From the NCBI GenBank assembly GCA_963841825.1, contig CAWJEL010000024.1:44982-108981 (forward strand): a stretch of 64,000 nt of DNA. Direction: 5' to 3'. The notes under the pieces were generated by a model. It was not told the origin of the DNA, searched no databases, and saw nothing but the letters and a program-made list of their open reading frames with translations. Positions within the stretch are counted from its first letter, which is position 1; each line of letters starts with the position of its first letter. Shown here piece after piece: positions 48,753 through 58,616 of this stretch. Origin of the DNA: an uncultured Chloroflexia bacterium (lineage in GTDB: Bacteria; Chloroflexota; Anaerolineae; CG2-30-64-16). The position numbers and the translations under genes are program-made.

Positions 48753-48803
48753 CGGGTTCGGTTGCGGCTGAAGGCCGTGCAGTGGATGGGTAGAAGGCAG
48801 ATA

Positions 48804-49586
48804 ATGGACATTCGAGCTTACAACCGCGAAGCCTGGAACCGCCAGGTGGCGGAGGGCAATCCGTGGACGATCCCGGTGAGCAGCGCGGTCGTCGCCGCGG
48901 CGCGGCGTGGGGAATGGTCGATCGTGCTCACCCCGTCGATACCCGTGCCGCGGGCATGGTTTCCGCCCCTGGCCGGCGCTGACGTGCTCTGTCTGGCTTC
49001 GGGCGGCGGGCAGCAGGGGCCGATCCTGGCCGCGGCCGGCGCGCACGTGACGGTCTTCGACAACTCGCCGCGCCAGCTCGCCCAGGACCGCTTGGTGGCC
49101 GAGCGTGAAGGACTGGCGATCCGCACGGTGGAGGGCGACATGGTCGACCTCTCGGCCTTCGCCGACGCCAGCTTCGATCTGATCGTCCACCCCGTCTCGA
49201 ACGTCTTCGCAGCCGATGTGCTGCCGGTGTGGCGGGAAGCGTATCGCGTCCTGCGGCCCGGCGGTGCGCTGCTGGCCGGCTTCAGCAACCCGATCAACTA
49301 CATTTTCGACTTTGATCTGCTTGATCGGGAACACCGGCTGGAGGTGAAGTACACGCTGCCCTATTCGGACATCGAGAGCCTATCGGACGAAGCGCGCGCG
49401 GCGTATCTGGCGAAGGGTTGGCCGCTGGAGTTCAGCCACACGCTGGACGATCAGATCGGCGGGCAGCTCGCCGCAGGATTCCTGATCGCAGGTTTCTTCG
49501 AGGATCGCTATCCGCCCCAGGAGAACGATCTTATCTCGGAGCATATGCCGACCTTTTTCGCCACGCGCGCGGTCAAGCCGATCTGA
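48804..49586 (+). CDS. Class I SAM-dependent methyltransferase.
   Basis: [24 protein letters not shown] and [13 protein letters not shown]. Confidence 0.8.
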   Translation: MDIRAYNREAWNRQVAEGNPWTIPVSSAVVAAARRGEWSIVLTPSIPVPRAWFPPLAGADVLCLASGGGQQGPILAAAGAHVTVFDNSPRQLAQDRLVAEREGLAIRTVEGDMVDLSAFADASFDLIVHPVSNVFAADVLPVWREAYRVLRPGGALLAGFSNPINYIFDFDLLDREHRLEVKYTLPYSDIESLSDEARAAYLAKGWPLEFSHTLDDQIGGQLAAGFLIAGFFEDRYPPQENDLISEHMPTFFATRAVKPI

Positions 49587-49604
49587 GCAAAGGGGAGGTG
49601 GGCC

Positions 49605-50256
49605 ATGATCGAACCCAATGCCTGGATCATCGGCCTGGCTGAGATCATCCGGCTGCTGTTCGCGATGTTCATCGGCGGGCTGATCGGCATCGAGCGCGAA
49701 CTGCATTACAAGGCAGCCGGCCTCCGCACGATGATGCTGATCTGCGTGGGGGCCGCGCTGTTCACCATGTTCTCCATCAGGATCGGCGGGCCCAGCGATC
49801 CGGCCCGCATCGCCGCGCAGATCGTGACGGGGGTGGGCTTCATCGGCGCCGGCGTGATCCTGCATGAGCGGGGCGAGGTGCGCGGGATCACGACCGCTGC
49901 CAGCATTTGGGCGGCAGCCGCACTGGGCATCGGCATCGGCGCCGGATACCTGCTCTTTGCCGGGATTGCGACTGCGTTGATGCTGTTTTGTCGCGGCGGT
50001 GTTGCCGCGGCTTGAGCGGCGGATCGTCCGTTCCGTGTCGCGGGCGTACACGATCACCACCCATATCACTCCCGATCGCAGGCCCGACTTGCAGGCAACA
50101 TTCCAGCGCTGCGGTTTACAGGCGCACTGCGACAGTCAGAGCAAGCGCGGCGATACCATGCAGACGGTCTGGCAGGTGACCGGATCGGCGCCGGGGCAGG
50201 AACAAGCCATTGCGGCCCTGTATGGTGACCCCGATGTGCTGGAATTCGAGTCTTGA
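49605..50256 (+). pseudogene. mgtC: MgtC/SapB-family protein, frameshifted at the T4 run 49986-49989.
   Basis: GIERE...AAGLRTMMLICVGAALF...TGVGFIGAGVI.... The C-terminal ACT-like domain (RAYTITTHITPDRR...WQVTG...) is in the next frame. An extra T in CTGTTTTGTC explains it. Confidence 0.8.
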
Positions 50257-50335
50257 GGGGATTCGTAAGAACATCTTTTGCTACCTGATGGACTGACAAA
50301 TCGCGTTTGGCCGCGGATTAGCACAGATTTCCGCG

Positions 50336-50473
50336 GATCAAATACGAAAGATCTGTGCTAACACTTGCACCGCACTGCGTTTGGTGCAGTGCAAGGTGTC
50401 CGCGTAAATCCGCGGCAGTTCTCAACTCGGAACGCTGTCTTTCACCGGGTCCCAAGTTTTGTCAGTCATTCAG
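50336..50473. repeat. 138-bp element, right copy (inverted). An extra partial copy lies just upstream (50290-50335).
   Basis: See 46126-46263. A short related fragment (CTGCGCAAATCCGCGGCAG) also occurs at 9765-9790. Confidence 0.9.
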
Positions 50474-50600
50474 CTTTTTCTATAGTCATTGCGAGGAGGG
50501 CGGCGGCCCTTCGCAACACCTGCATCCATACCCGGCTTCGCCGGGTACAGGCGCGGTGTGACATATCCTGAGCAAGATTACTGACCGTCCGCGGCGCGGC

Positions 50601-52220
50601 TTACGGGATGCGCAATATCTGCACCAACAACTGCGCCAGCAGAATTTTGAAGATCAGCACCACGGGAAAGGCGCTGGCGTAGATCACCGCGGGCACGTCC
50701 GTGGTGGTGAGCGTGTTGGCGGCGGCCAGCGCCGGTGGGTTGGTCATCACCCCGGCCGTCAGGCCCATGCTGGACAGGATGTTCATCCGGTAGATGGCGT
50801 GCGTCAGCAGCAGCGTGACCGTTACGGCTACCACGGTGATCAGCGCGGCCGCGGCGAAGATGCCCCAGCCCCGCTCGCCCATGACCTTGGCAAGCTGCGT
50901 GCCCGCGTTGGCGCCCGCGCCGCCCAGGAAGAGCATCAACCCGAGCTCCCGCGAGAGGTTTCTGGCCGCCGCGGGGACGTAGACCTGGAACCGGCCGACA
51001 CGGCCGAAATGCCCCAGGATCAGGCTCACCAGGAACGCGCCGCCGGCGGCGCCAAGCTTGATCGTCATCCCGTTCGGGAGCCGAAACGGGATCAGGCCGA
51101 GTGCGATGCCCAGCACCAGGCCGATCAAGAACGGCACCATGTTGGTCTCGTCGACCTGGCGGGTGTCGCCTCCGATCGCCTTGGCGAACTGATCGATCGC
51201 GACCTGATCGCCGACCACGCGCAGCGTATCCCCCATTTCCAGCGTGCTGGTGCCGAGGGGCGTGATCTCCAGCCCCTGCCGCCGGATGCGGGTGATGATC
51301 ACGTTGTAGCGTTCCCACACGTGGAGATCCAGCAGCCGCTTGCCTGCAAGCGTCTTGTCGGTCATGGTCAGGTCGCGGCTCACCGCCCGGGTGTTCGTCT
51401 CCATCGCCACGTCACATTCCTCGCCGATCAGCAGCCGCAGTTTGTTCAGTTCCTCCTCGGTCCCCACGGCCAGCAGCGCATCGCCCGTGTGCAGGACGAC
51501 TTCAGGTGTGGCCGCCAAGACCTGCTCGCCGTGCCGGACGCGTGAGATGTTGACCTGGCTCAGCCGGTGGGTGTCGAGGTCGCCCAGGCGCTTTCCATCC
51601 AGGTTCGGGTTGCTCACGCAGAATTGGCGCTTCTGCAGCGCCGGGCGCTCGTGGAGCTGCTGGGCCTGCCATTGCTCCTCTGCGGTCTTGACGTCGCGGC
51701 GCAGCAGCTTGGGCAAGAACTGCACGAGCAGCGTCACCCCGACGATGCTGAACGGATAGGCGATGCCGTAGCCCACGGAAACTGTGGCGGTTTGGAGCGG
51801 CTCGATCCGAGCGACCGTATCGATCGCGCCGGCCAGCGCGGGCGTGTTCGTCACCGCGCCGGTGAACATCCCCGCGGCCAACGCATAGGGGAGGTTCAGC
51901 AGGCGAGCCAGCACGACGGTCACACCCGCGGCTGCCAGCAGTGACGCGCCCGCGATCACCACGAACTGCCAGCCCTGCTTTCGGAAGGTGCGGAAGAAGC
52001 GCGGCCCGGCCTGCAAGCCGACCGCGTAGAGGAACAGCAGCAGCCCGAGATCCATGATCGGCCTGGGTATGGTGTAGCCGAAATGGCCGAACGCCAGCCC
52101 AACGAAAAAGACCGCGGCCGTGCCCAGCGACAAACCGCGCCAGGACAAATGGCCGATCAACGAGCCGATGGCAAGGATGGCGAACAGGACCAGCATCTGC
52201 TCGGAAAGTAGCGCGTACAT
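50601..52220 (-). CDS. AAE (aspartate:alanine exchanger / YidE-YbjL-like) family transporter with two central RCK-C (TrkA-C) domains.
   Basis: Duplicated TM halves flank two RCK_C-like segments (GKRLGDLD...ISRVRHGEQV..., GKRLLDLHVWERYNVIITRIRR). Confidence 0.75.
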   Translation of the reverse strand: MYALLSEQMLVLFAILAIGSLIGHLSWRGLSLGTAAVFFVGLAFGHFGYTIPRPIMDLGLLLFLYAVGLQAGPRFFRTFRKQGWQFVVIAGASLLAAAGVTVVLARLLNLPYALAAGMFTGAVTNTPALAGAIDTVARIEPLQTATVSVGYGIAYPFSIVGVTLLVQFLPKLLRRDVKTAEEQWQAQQLHERPALQKRQFCVSNPNLDGKRLGDLDTHRLSQVNISRVRHGEQVLAATPEVVLHTGDALLAVGTEEELNKLRLLIGEECDVAMETNTRAVSRDLTMTDKTLAGKRLLDLHVWERYNVIITRIRRQGLEITPLGTSTLEMGDTLRVVGDQVAIDQFAKAIGGDTRQVDETNMVPFLIGLVLGIALGLIPFRLPNGMTIKLGAAGGAFLVSLILGHFGRVGRFQVYVPAAARNLSRELGLMLFLGGAGANAGTQLAKVMGERGWGIFAAAALITVVAVTVTLLLTHAIYRMNILSSMGLTAGVMTNPPALAAANTLTTTDVPAVIYASAFPVVLIFKILLAQLLVQILRIP

Positions 52221-52393
52221 GTGATTAGGGCCTTTCATGAATGAAGTAGCAGCGCGACGATTGTAGCATAGGCGGTCATTCTGCCCGAATTGCGGTCCCA
52301 TCCCGATGCCAGAGATGTTTGACAGGGGCCCTGATTGCATTAGAATAGGGTCAGAAATGTCCGTGCCGATATATCAGAGAATGGAGGGTTCCC

Positions 52394-52672
52394 GTGTTAG
52401 TTGTGCGTGGGGTGGTTAAAGACCGGATGATTGTGCTGCCTGACAGCATTCACTTGACCGAAGGGGCTGAGGTCGAGGTGCGGGTGCGCTCAGAACGGCG
52501 AAAATACACGCTATCGTCGTTTTCGGAGAAAGCATTCAAAGAGAGGCTGATGGAGAAGGGTCTGCTCAAAGAATTGTGCGCGCCTGCCACCGCTGAAACC
52601 ACAGCGGCTCGTGCGCAGGTGCAAGTAGAAGGCCAACCCCTGTCTGCATTGATCATCGCAGAGCGTCGTTGA
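52394..52672 (+). CDS. Antitoxin of the adjacent PIN toxin (VapB-like).
   Basis: GTG start, 4-nt overlap with the PIN gene. GVVKDRMIVLPDSIHLTEGAEVEVRV beta-hairpin domain plus the C-terminal GQPLSALIIAERR. Confidence 0.6.
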   Translation: MLVVRGVVKDRMIVLPDSIHLTEGAEVEVRVRSERRKYTLSSFSEKAFKERLMEKGLLKELCAPATAETTAARAQVQVEGQPLSALIIAERR

Positions 52673-53139
52673 TGGTAGTCTGCTACCTGGATACGAGCGC
52701 GCTGGTTAAGTGTTACGCCCTTGAGTCCGGGACCGCCTGGATGATTGCGTTGACCGATCGTTCGGCCAAAGCTGATTTCTACACCGCGCGTATCACTGGA
52801 CCGGAGATGATCGCGGCGATTTTTCGCAAGGTCCGTATGGGCGAACTGAGCCTTCCTGCCGCAGTGCGCGCCGCCGCGGACTTCAAAGCAGACTGGCAGC
52901 AACAGTATCAGCTCGTGGAGATCAGCGCAACGGTCACCGACACTGCCATGCGTCTCGCTGAAGCGCATGGACTCCGCGGGTATGACGCAGTTCATTTGGC
53001 TGCGGCAGTTGAACTGCACGCAGTCCGCAGCGCGATGCGCCTCCCCCCTCTGCTGTTTGTCTCCGCCGATGATGACCAATTGAAAGCTGCGGTCCGTGAG
53101 GGACTCCTAGCGGAAAACCCAAACAACCATGTCATATAG
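52669..53139 (+). CDS. vapC: Type II toxin VapC (PIN domain).
   Basis: YLDTSALVKCY ... LRGYDAVHLAAA ... FVSADDDQ acidic quartet. Confidence 0.85.
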   Translation: MMVVCYLDTSALVKCYALESGTAWMIALTDRSAKADFYTARITGPEMIAAIFRKVRMGELSLPAAVRAAADFKADWQQQYQLVEISATVTDTAMRLAEAHGLRGYDAVHLAAAVELHAVRSAMRLPPLLFVSADDDQLKAAVREGLLAENPNNHVI

Positions 53140-53166
53140 ACGCACGACGCGGCGTTTTTTGCTGAG

Positions 53167-55562
53167 ATGACTTTCAATCCTGTCGCCTTCCTTGACTCCT
53201 TGCGCCGCAAGCGCGGCTACGCGGGCCAACTGGCGCATGTTCAGACTTTGCCTGCGCGGCGGCCGCGCTACGGACACTTGAACGCGCCTTTGAGCCCGCC
53301 GGTGGAACGGGCGTTGGCTGCAACCGGCGCCGAGCGGCTCTACACGCACCAGGCTGAGGCGATCAACGCCGCGCTGGCGGGCCAGAACGTCGTCGTCGCT
53401 ACCTCGACGGCCAGCGGCAAGACGTTGTGCTTCAACGTGCCGGTGCTGGAGGCGCTGGCACGTGACCCATTGGCGCGCGCCCTGTACATCTATCCGACCA
53501 AGGCGCTGGCGCAGGATCAGCTCGGCAAATGGAACGCGCTGGTCAAGGCCGCGGGCGAGGGCATCATCAACCCGCTGGCCGCGACCTACGATGGCGACAC
53601 GCCCCAGGCCGCGCGCAGCCGCATCCGCCGCAGCGCGCGCGTGCTGCTGACCAACCCCGACATGCTCCACGCCGGCATCCTGCCGAACCACCCGCTCTGG
53701 GCCGAGTTCTTCCGCCACCTGCGCTATGTCGTGATCGACGAGGCGCACACCTACCGCGGCGTCTTCGGCTCGCAGGTCGCGTGTGTGCTGCGCCGGTTGC
53801 GGCGAGTGTGTGGGGTGTACCAGGCATCAGGCGTCAGGCGTCAGGAGCCAGCAGTTTCCAGTTTCCAGTTTCCAGCTTCCAACCTCGTCTTCATCGCCAC
53901 TTCGGCCACCATCGCCAATCCGGCCGAGCACTTTGAGTTGCTGACCGGGCTCACCGCCAAGGTGATCAGCGACGACGGCTCGCCGCACGGGCCGCGCACC
54001 TTTGCCCTGTGGAATCCGCCGTTCGTGGATCGCGCCAAGAAGGCGCGGCGCAGCGCGAACGGCGAGGCCACCGATCTGTTCACCGCGTTGGTGGGGCAGG
54101 GCGTGCGCACGATCGCCTTCACCCGCGCGCGTGATCGCCGAGCTGCTGCTGCGGTATGCGCGTGAGGGGCTGCGGAAGACGCACCCTGAATTGGTCGAAC
54201 GGATCGCCGCGTACCGGGCCGGCTATCTGCCGGAGGAACGCCGGCGCATCGAGCGCGAGCTGTTCGGCGGCCGGCTGCTGGGCGTCACCGCGACCACCGC
54301 GCTGGAGCTGGGTATCGACGTGGGCGGGCTCGACGCCGCGCTGCTGGTGGGTTATCCGGGCACGATCGCCAGCCTGTGGCAGCAAGCCGGCCGCGCGGGC
54401 CGCGGCAAAGATCCGTCGCTCGCGCTGCTGATCGCGCTGGGGGATCCGCTCGACCAGTACTACATGCGCCACCCGGATGAGCTGCTGGGGAAGCCGCACG
54501 AGAACGCGCTGCTGGACCCGGATAACGTCTACATCCTCCGGCGCCACCTGCCGTGCGCGGCGCACGAAACCCCGCTGCGGGTAGCCGGCGAAGATCTGGC
54601 AGGTTCGCCGGACCCGGCAGGTCTCAACGACGACGAGAAGTTGTTCGGCCCCGGCTTTGTGGAGGCCATGATCGGCCTGGAGAACGATGAGATCGTGCGT
54701 TACACGGGCGAGAAGTGGGTGTATGCGCGCCGCGACTATCCGGCGGAGGGGTTCAGCCTGCGCGACGCCCAGGGCGAGCGGTTCGCGGTGCTGAACGCGG
54801 CTGACAACTACCGGATGATCGAGGAACTGAACGCCAGCAGCGCGCCGATGCGGGTGCATCCCGGCGCGGTCTACTTGCACCAGGGCGAGGCGTTCCTGGT
54901 GCAGGAGTTCAACCCGAGCCTGCGTCATGCGATCGTTTCACCCACCACCGGCGATTCCTACACACATCCGCGCGAACTCAACGACGTGCAGATTGTCCGT
55001 TCACTGCGCCATCGTGTGCTGAGAACGACCGATGCCTACTGGGGCCGGGTGCGCGTGCGCAGCCAGGTGATCGGCTATCGGCGGCTGCGGCAGTTCTCCG
55101 AGGAAGTGCTGGAGGACGTGCCGCTGGAGATGCCGTTGGCCGAGTATGAAACAGCCGCCGTGTGGTGGGATCTGCCCGACGATCTGCCGCGCGAGCTGGC
55201 GGGCCGCGGGCTGGATTTCCTGGGCGGCATCCATGCAGCCGAGCACGCGGCCATCGGCATCCTGCCGCTCTTCGCCATGTGCGACCGGTGGGACATCGGC
55301 GGGCTGAGCACCCCGCGCCACCCCGACACGGACGCGGCGCAGATCTTCATCTACGACGGCTTTCCGGGCGGCGTGGGGATCGCCGAGAAGGGGTTCGAGC
55401 TTGCTGCCGGAGCTGTGGGCCGCGACGCTGGACGCGATCCGCGGCTGCCCCTGCGGCGACGGCTGCCCAAGCTGCGTCCAAAGCCCGAAATGCGGGAACT
55501 TTAACAGCCCGCTGGACAAGCGGGCCGCGGAGATCCTCCTCCAGCGGCTGTTAGGCAGGTAA
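53167..55562 (+). pseudogene. DEAD/DEAH-box helicase with a C-terminal DUF1998 Zn-finger domain (MrfA/Hrq-like). Two frame breaks (about 54124-54131 and 55401-55404) plus an in-frame heptamer insertion.
   Basis: GKT (TASGKTLCF), DEAH (VVIDEAHTY) and SAT (TSATIANP). TIAFTRAR continues in frame +1 as VIAELLLRY. GFEL continues in frame +2 as LPELWAATLDAIRGCPCGDGCPSCVQSPKCGNFN...LLGR, stop at 55560-55562. Confidence 0.85.
53821..53883. repeat. Composite heptamer array (CAGGCGT-type x5, then TTCCAGT-type x4): 63 bp, in frame inside the helicase gene.
   Basis: CAGGCAT CAGGCGT CAGGCGT CAGGAGC CAGCAGT TTCCAGT TTCCAGT TTCCAGC TTCCAAC. Translated QASGVRRQEPAVSSFQFPASN, between the DEAH and SAT motifs. 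Confidence 0.9.
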
Positions 55563-55597
55563 TCAGATTCGTGGGTATTGATAGTGGCTCCTACACA

Positions 55598-56446
55598 ATG
55601 AACCGGCGTAGCTTTTTGCGGCGCCTCGGCTTGATCGCCGGCGCTTCGGTGCTGGCTGGGGCGGCCGGAGTCTCCTATGCGTTTGGAATGGAGCCGGACT
55701 GGCTTGCGTTGGAGCGCGTGACGCTGCCTCTGGCTGGACTTCCGAAGGCCTTCGATGGGTTGCGTATTGCCCAGTTGAGCGATCTGCATGCGGGGCCGAC
55801 ACCTCACGCACACATCGCCCGCGCAGTGGGAATGGCGGCGGCAACCGAGGCAGACCTCCTCGTTCTGACCGGTGATTTCGTCAGCGGTTGGGCGGACCAT
55901 GCCGCAACGCTTGTTCCGCTCCTCGCCGCGTTGCAAGCGCCGCTCGGTGTCTACGCGATCCTCGGCAACCACGATCATTGGACGGATGCCGGGGTGGTTG
56001 GCGAGTACATCCGAACGGCTGGTGTGCGGCTGTTGCTCAACGAGGCCGTTCCGCTGGCGCGCGCTGGCCAGACCCTCTGGTTGGCGGGTGTGGATGACGT
56101 TTGGGAGCGGCGCGCTGATTTGCCGCGGGCGCTTGCGGATGTGCCGGCCGGCGCGCCCGTCGTTCTTTTGGCTCATGAGCCGGATTACGCCGATGAGGTG
56201 GCTGATCTGAAAGGGGCGGCATCACTCCTCCTTCAGCTCTCGGGCCACAGTCACGGCGGCCAGGTGCGTCTCCCAGGTTTGGGCGCGCCGATCCTGCCTT
56301 ATCTGGCCGAGAAATATCCTGCCGGCGCGTATCGTGTGGGAGATCTGTGGCTGTACACGAACCGCGGGGTAGGCGCAAACCGGCTTAGGGCACGATTGAA
56401 CTGCCGGCCCGAAGTGACGCTCCTAACCTTGCAGACTGCCGGATGA
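55598..56446 (+). CDS. Tat-signal metallophosphoesterase (YkuE-like).
   Basis: MNRRSFLRRLG twin-arginine motif. SDLHAG, TGDFV, GNHD and SGHSHGG. Confidence 0.85.
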   Translation: MNRRSFLRRLGLIAGASVLAGAAGVSYAFGMEPDWLALERVTLPLAGLPKAFDGLRIAQLSDLHAGPTPHAHIARAVGMAAATEADLLVLTGDFVSGWADHAATLVPLLAALQAPLGVYAILGNHDHWTDAGVVGEYIRTAGVRLLLNEAVPLARAGQTLWLAGVDDVWERRADLPRALADVPAGAPVVLLAHEPDYADEVADLKGAASLLLQLSGHSHGGQVRLPGLGAPILPYLAEKYPAGAYRVGDLWLYTNRGVGANRLRARLNCRPEVTLLTLQTAG

Positions 56447-56486
56447 ACCCGGATTGCGCGATTGAGGCGCTTGGAAAGGATCAAAC

Positions 56487-58514
56487 ATGCATGATGGTGG
56501 TTGGTGGTCGTTTATCCGCTACGATGAGAAGCAAGATCGTCCCCAGGTGAGTTGGGCGCTCGTGCGACGAGCGGCCGCGTACGGCCGGCCCTACGCTGGC
56601 AAGATCGCGCTCATGCTGGCGCTGATCCTCGCGATCACGCTACTGAACCTCATCCCGCCCCTGTTGACACGCAACCTGATCGACTACGCGCTGCCGCAGG
56701 GGGATGTCGTGCGTCTGACCCTGTTGGCGCTGGCGATGGTCGCGGTGGCGCTCCTCAGCGGGCTGCTCGGCGTGGGCCAGCGTTTTCTCAGCGCGATCGT
56801 CGGCGAAGGGGTGATCTACGATCTGCGGGTGGCGCTCTACGGCCATTTGCAGCACATGTCGCTGCGCTTCTTCACCCACACCAAGACGGGCGAGCTGATG
56901 TCGCGGCTCAACAACGACGTCGGCGGCGCGCAGCGGGCGGTCACCGGCACCTTTGTGGACCTGGTGACGAACGTCGTGACGCTGGTCTTCGTGCTGGCGA
57001 TCATGCTGCGGCTGGAGTGGCGGCTGACGCTGCTGGCCATCGTGGTGCTGCCGCTCTTCCTGATCCCGGCGCGCGTCCTGGGCCGGCGCGTGCGCGGCGT
57101 CGTGCGCGAGCAGATGATGTATAACGCTGAGATGAACGCCATGATGGAAGAGACGCTCAACGTCAGCGGCGCGCTGCTGGTGAAGCTGTTCGGGCGGACA
57201 TTGAGCGAGGTGATGCGCTTCAGCGAGCGCGCGGCCCGCGTGCGCCGCGCCGGTGTGCGGCAGGCGTTCCTGATGCGTTGGTTCTTCCTGACGGTGGGGT
57301 TGATCAGCGCGGTCGGGACGGCGTTGGTGTTTTGGGCCGGCGGCATGTTGGTGCTCCAGGGCACGTTCACCCTCGGCACGGTGGTCGCGTTCACCGCGTA
57401 CCTGGGGATGCTCTACGGCCCGCTGTCCGCGCTGACCAACGCCCGGGTCGATTTTGCCACGTCGATGGTCAGCTTCGAGCGGGTGTTCGAAGCGCTCGAT
57501 CTGCCTGCGGAGATTTCGGAGCCAGCGGACGCGCTGCGCTTGAGCTCGGTGCAGGGCTGGGTCCAATTCGAGGGGGTCTCGTTCAGCTATCAACCGGGCG
57601 AAAACGTGCCCGGCGCGGCCGCAGGGCTGGCTGAGGTGGCGCGCTTCGGTCGGGGACGCGGCGGATCGCTGCCGCCCTTGTCGCAGGAGAGCGGCGCGCT
57701 CAAGATCGAGCGGCCGAAAAGCGAGCGTACCGACGCGTCGTCAGCCGACGATCTCCCGCCGGCCGCCGACGGCGACACGCGTTATGCGCTGTGCGACGTG
57801 AGCTTCGAGGTCAAGCCGGGGCGTCTGGCCGCGCTGGTAGGCCCGAGCGGCGCGGGCAAGACCACCGTGACCTATCTGCTGCCGCGGCTCTACGATCCGA
57901 CCGCCGGCGCGATCCGCATCGACGGGCACGACATCCGGGAACTGACGTTGGACACGCTGGCTAGCCAGATCGGCATGGTGACGCAGGAGACGTATCTGTT
58001 CAACGACACGATCCGGGCCAACCTGCTCTACGCGCGGCCCGACGCGACCGACGAGCAGATCGTGGCCGCGTGCCGGGCGGCGAACATCCATGACTTCATC
58101 GTCGACCTGCCGGATGGCTACGACACGATCGTCGGCAACCGCGGCTACCGTCTTTCCGGGGGCGAGAAGCAGCGGATGGCGATCGCCCGGGTCATCCTCA
58201 AGGATCCGAAGATCCTGGTGTTGGACGAGGCCACGTCATCGCTCGACAGCCAGTCGGAGGCGCTGATCCAGGAGGCGTTGGTGCGGATCATGGTGGACCG
58301 GACGAGTCTGGTGATCGCCCACCGGCTCAGCACCATCCTGTCTGCGGACACGATCCTGGTGCTGGATCATGGCCGCTTGGTGGAGCAGGGCACCCACGCC
58401 GAGTTGCTGGCGCGCGGCGGGTTGTACGCCGATTTGTACGAAACGCAGTTCCGGCACGGACGGATTGATCTGGCTGCCTCCGGCGAGATCGTATCCCCAT
58501 ACGACGTGACCTGA
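56487..58514 (+). CDS. ABC exporter, fused permease/ATPase (MsbA-like), with a roughly 60-aa low-complexity insertion at the start of the NBD.
   Basis: Six-TM domain, Walker A GPSGAGKTT, signature LSGGEKQR, Walker B ILVLDEATS. Confidence 0.9.
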   Translation: MHDGGWWSFIRYDEKQDRPQVSWALVRRAAAYGRPYAGKIALMLALILAITLLNLIPPLLTRNLIDYALPQGDVVRLTLLALAMVAVALLSGLLGVGQRFLSAIVGEGVIYDLRVALYGHLQHMSLRFFTHTKTGELMSRLNNDVGGAQRAVTGTFVDLVTNVVTLVFVLAIMLRLEWRLTLLAIVVLPLFLIPARVLGRRVRGVVREQMMYNAEMNAMMEETLNVSGALLVKLFGRTLSEVMRFSERAARVRRAGVRQAFLMRWFFLTVGLISAVGTALVFWAGGMLVLQGTFTLGTVVAFTAYLGMLYGPLSALTNARVDFATSMVSFERVFEALDLPAEISEPADALRLSSVQGWVQFEGVSFSYQPGENVPGAAAGLAEVARFGRGRGGSLPPLSQESGALKIERPKSERTDASSADDLPPAADGDTRYALCDVSFEVKPGRLAALVGPSGAGKTTVTYLLPRLYDPTAGAIRIDGHDIRELTLDTLASQIGMVTQETYLFNDTIRANLLYARPDATDEQIVAACRAANIHDFIVDLPDGYDTIVGNRGYRLSGGEKQRMAIARVILKDPKILVLDEATSSLDSQSEALIQEALVRIMVDRTSLVIAHRLSTILSADTILVLDHGRLVEQGTHAELLARGGLYADLYETQFRHGRIDLAASGEIVSPYDVT

Positions 58515-58542
58515 TCGGATGCAAATCGGGTCAGGCAAAAAT

Positions 58543-58586
58543 ACGTCCCGCACGAGGCGTTTTTGAGGCGCAATGTGCAGGACGTT
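58543..58586. terminator. Degenerate homologue of the 61036 hairpin, between the ABC gene and hydrolase copy 1.
   Basis: ACGTCCCGCAC...GTGCAGGACGT, with mismatches and an internal TTTTT. Confidence 0.35.
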
Positions 58587-58616
58587 CTGGGCGCAAGTCA
58601 GCCACCGCTGACGCTG

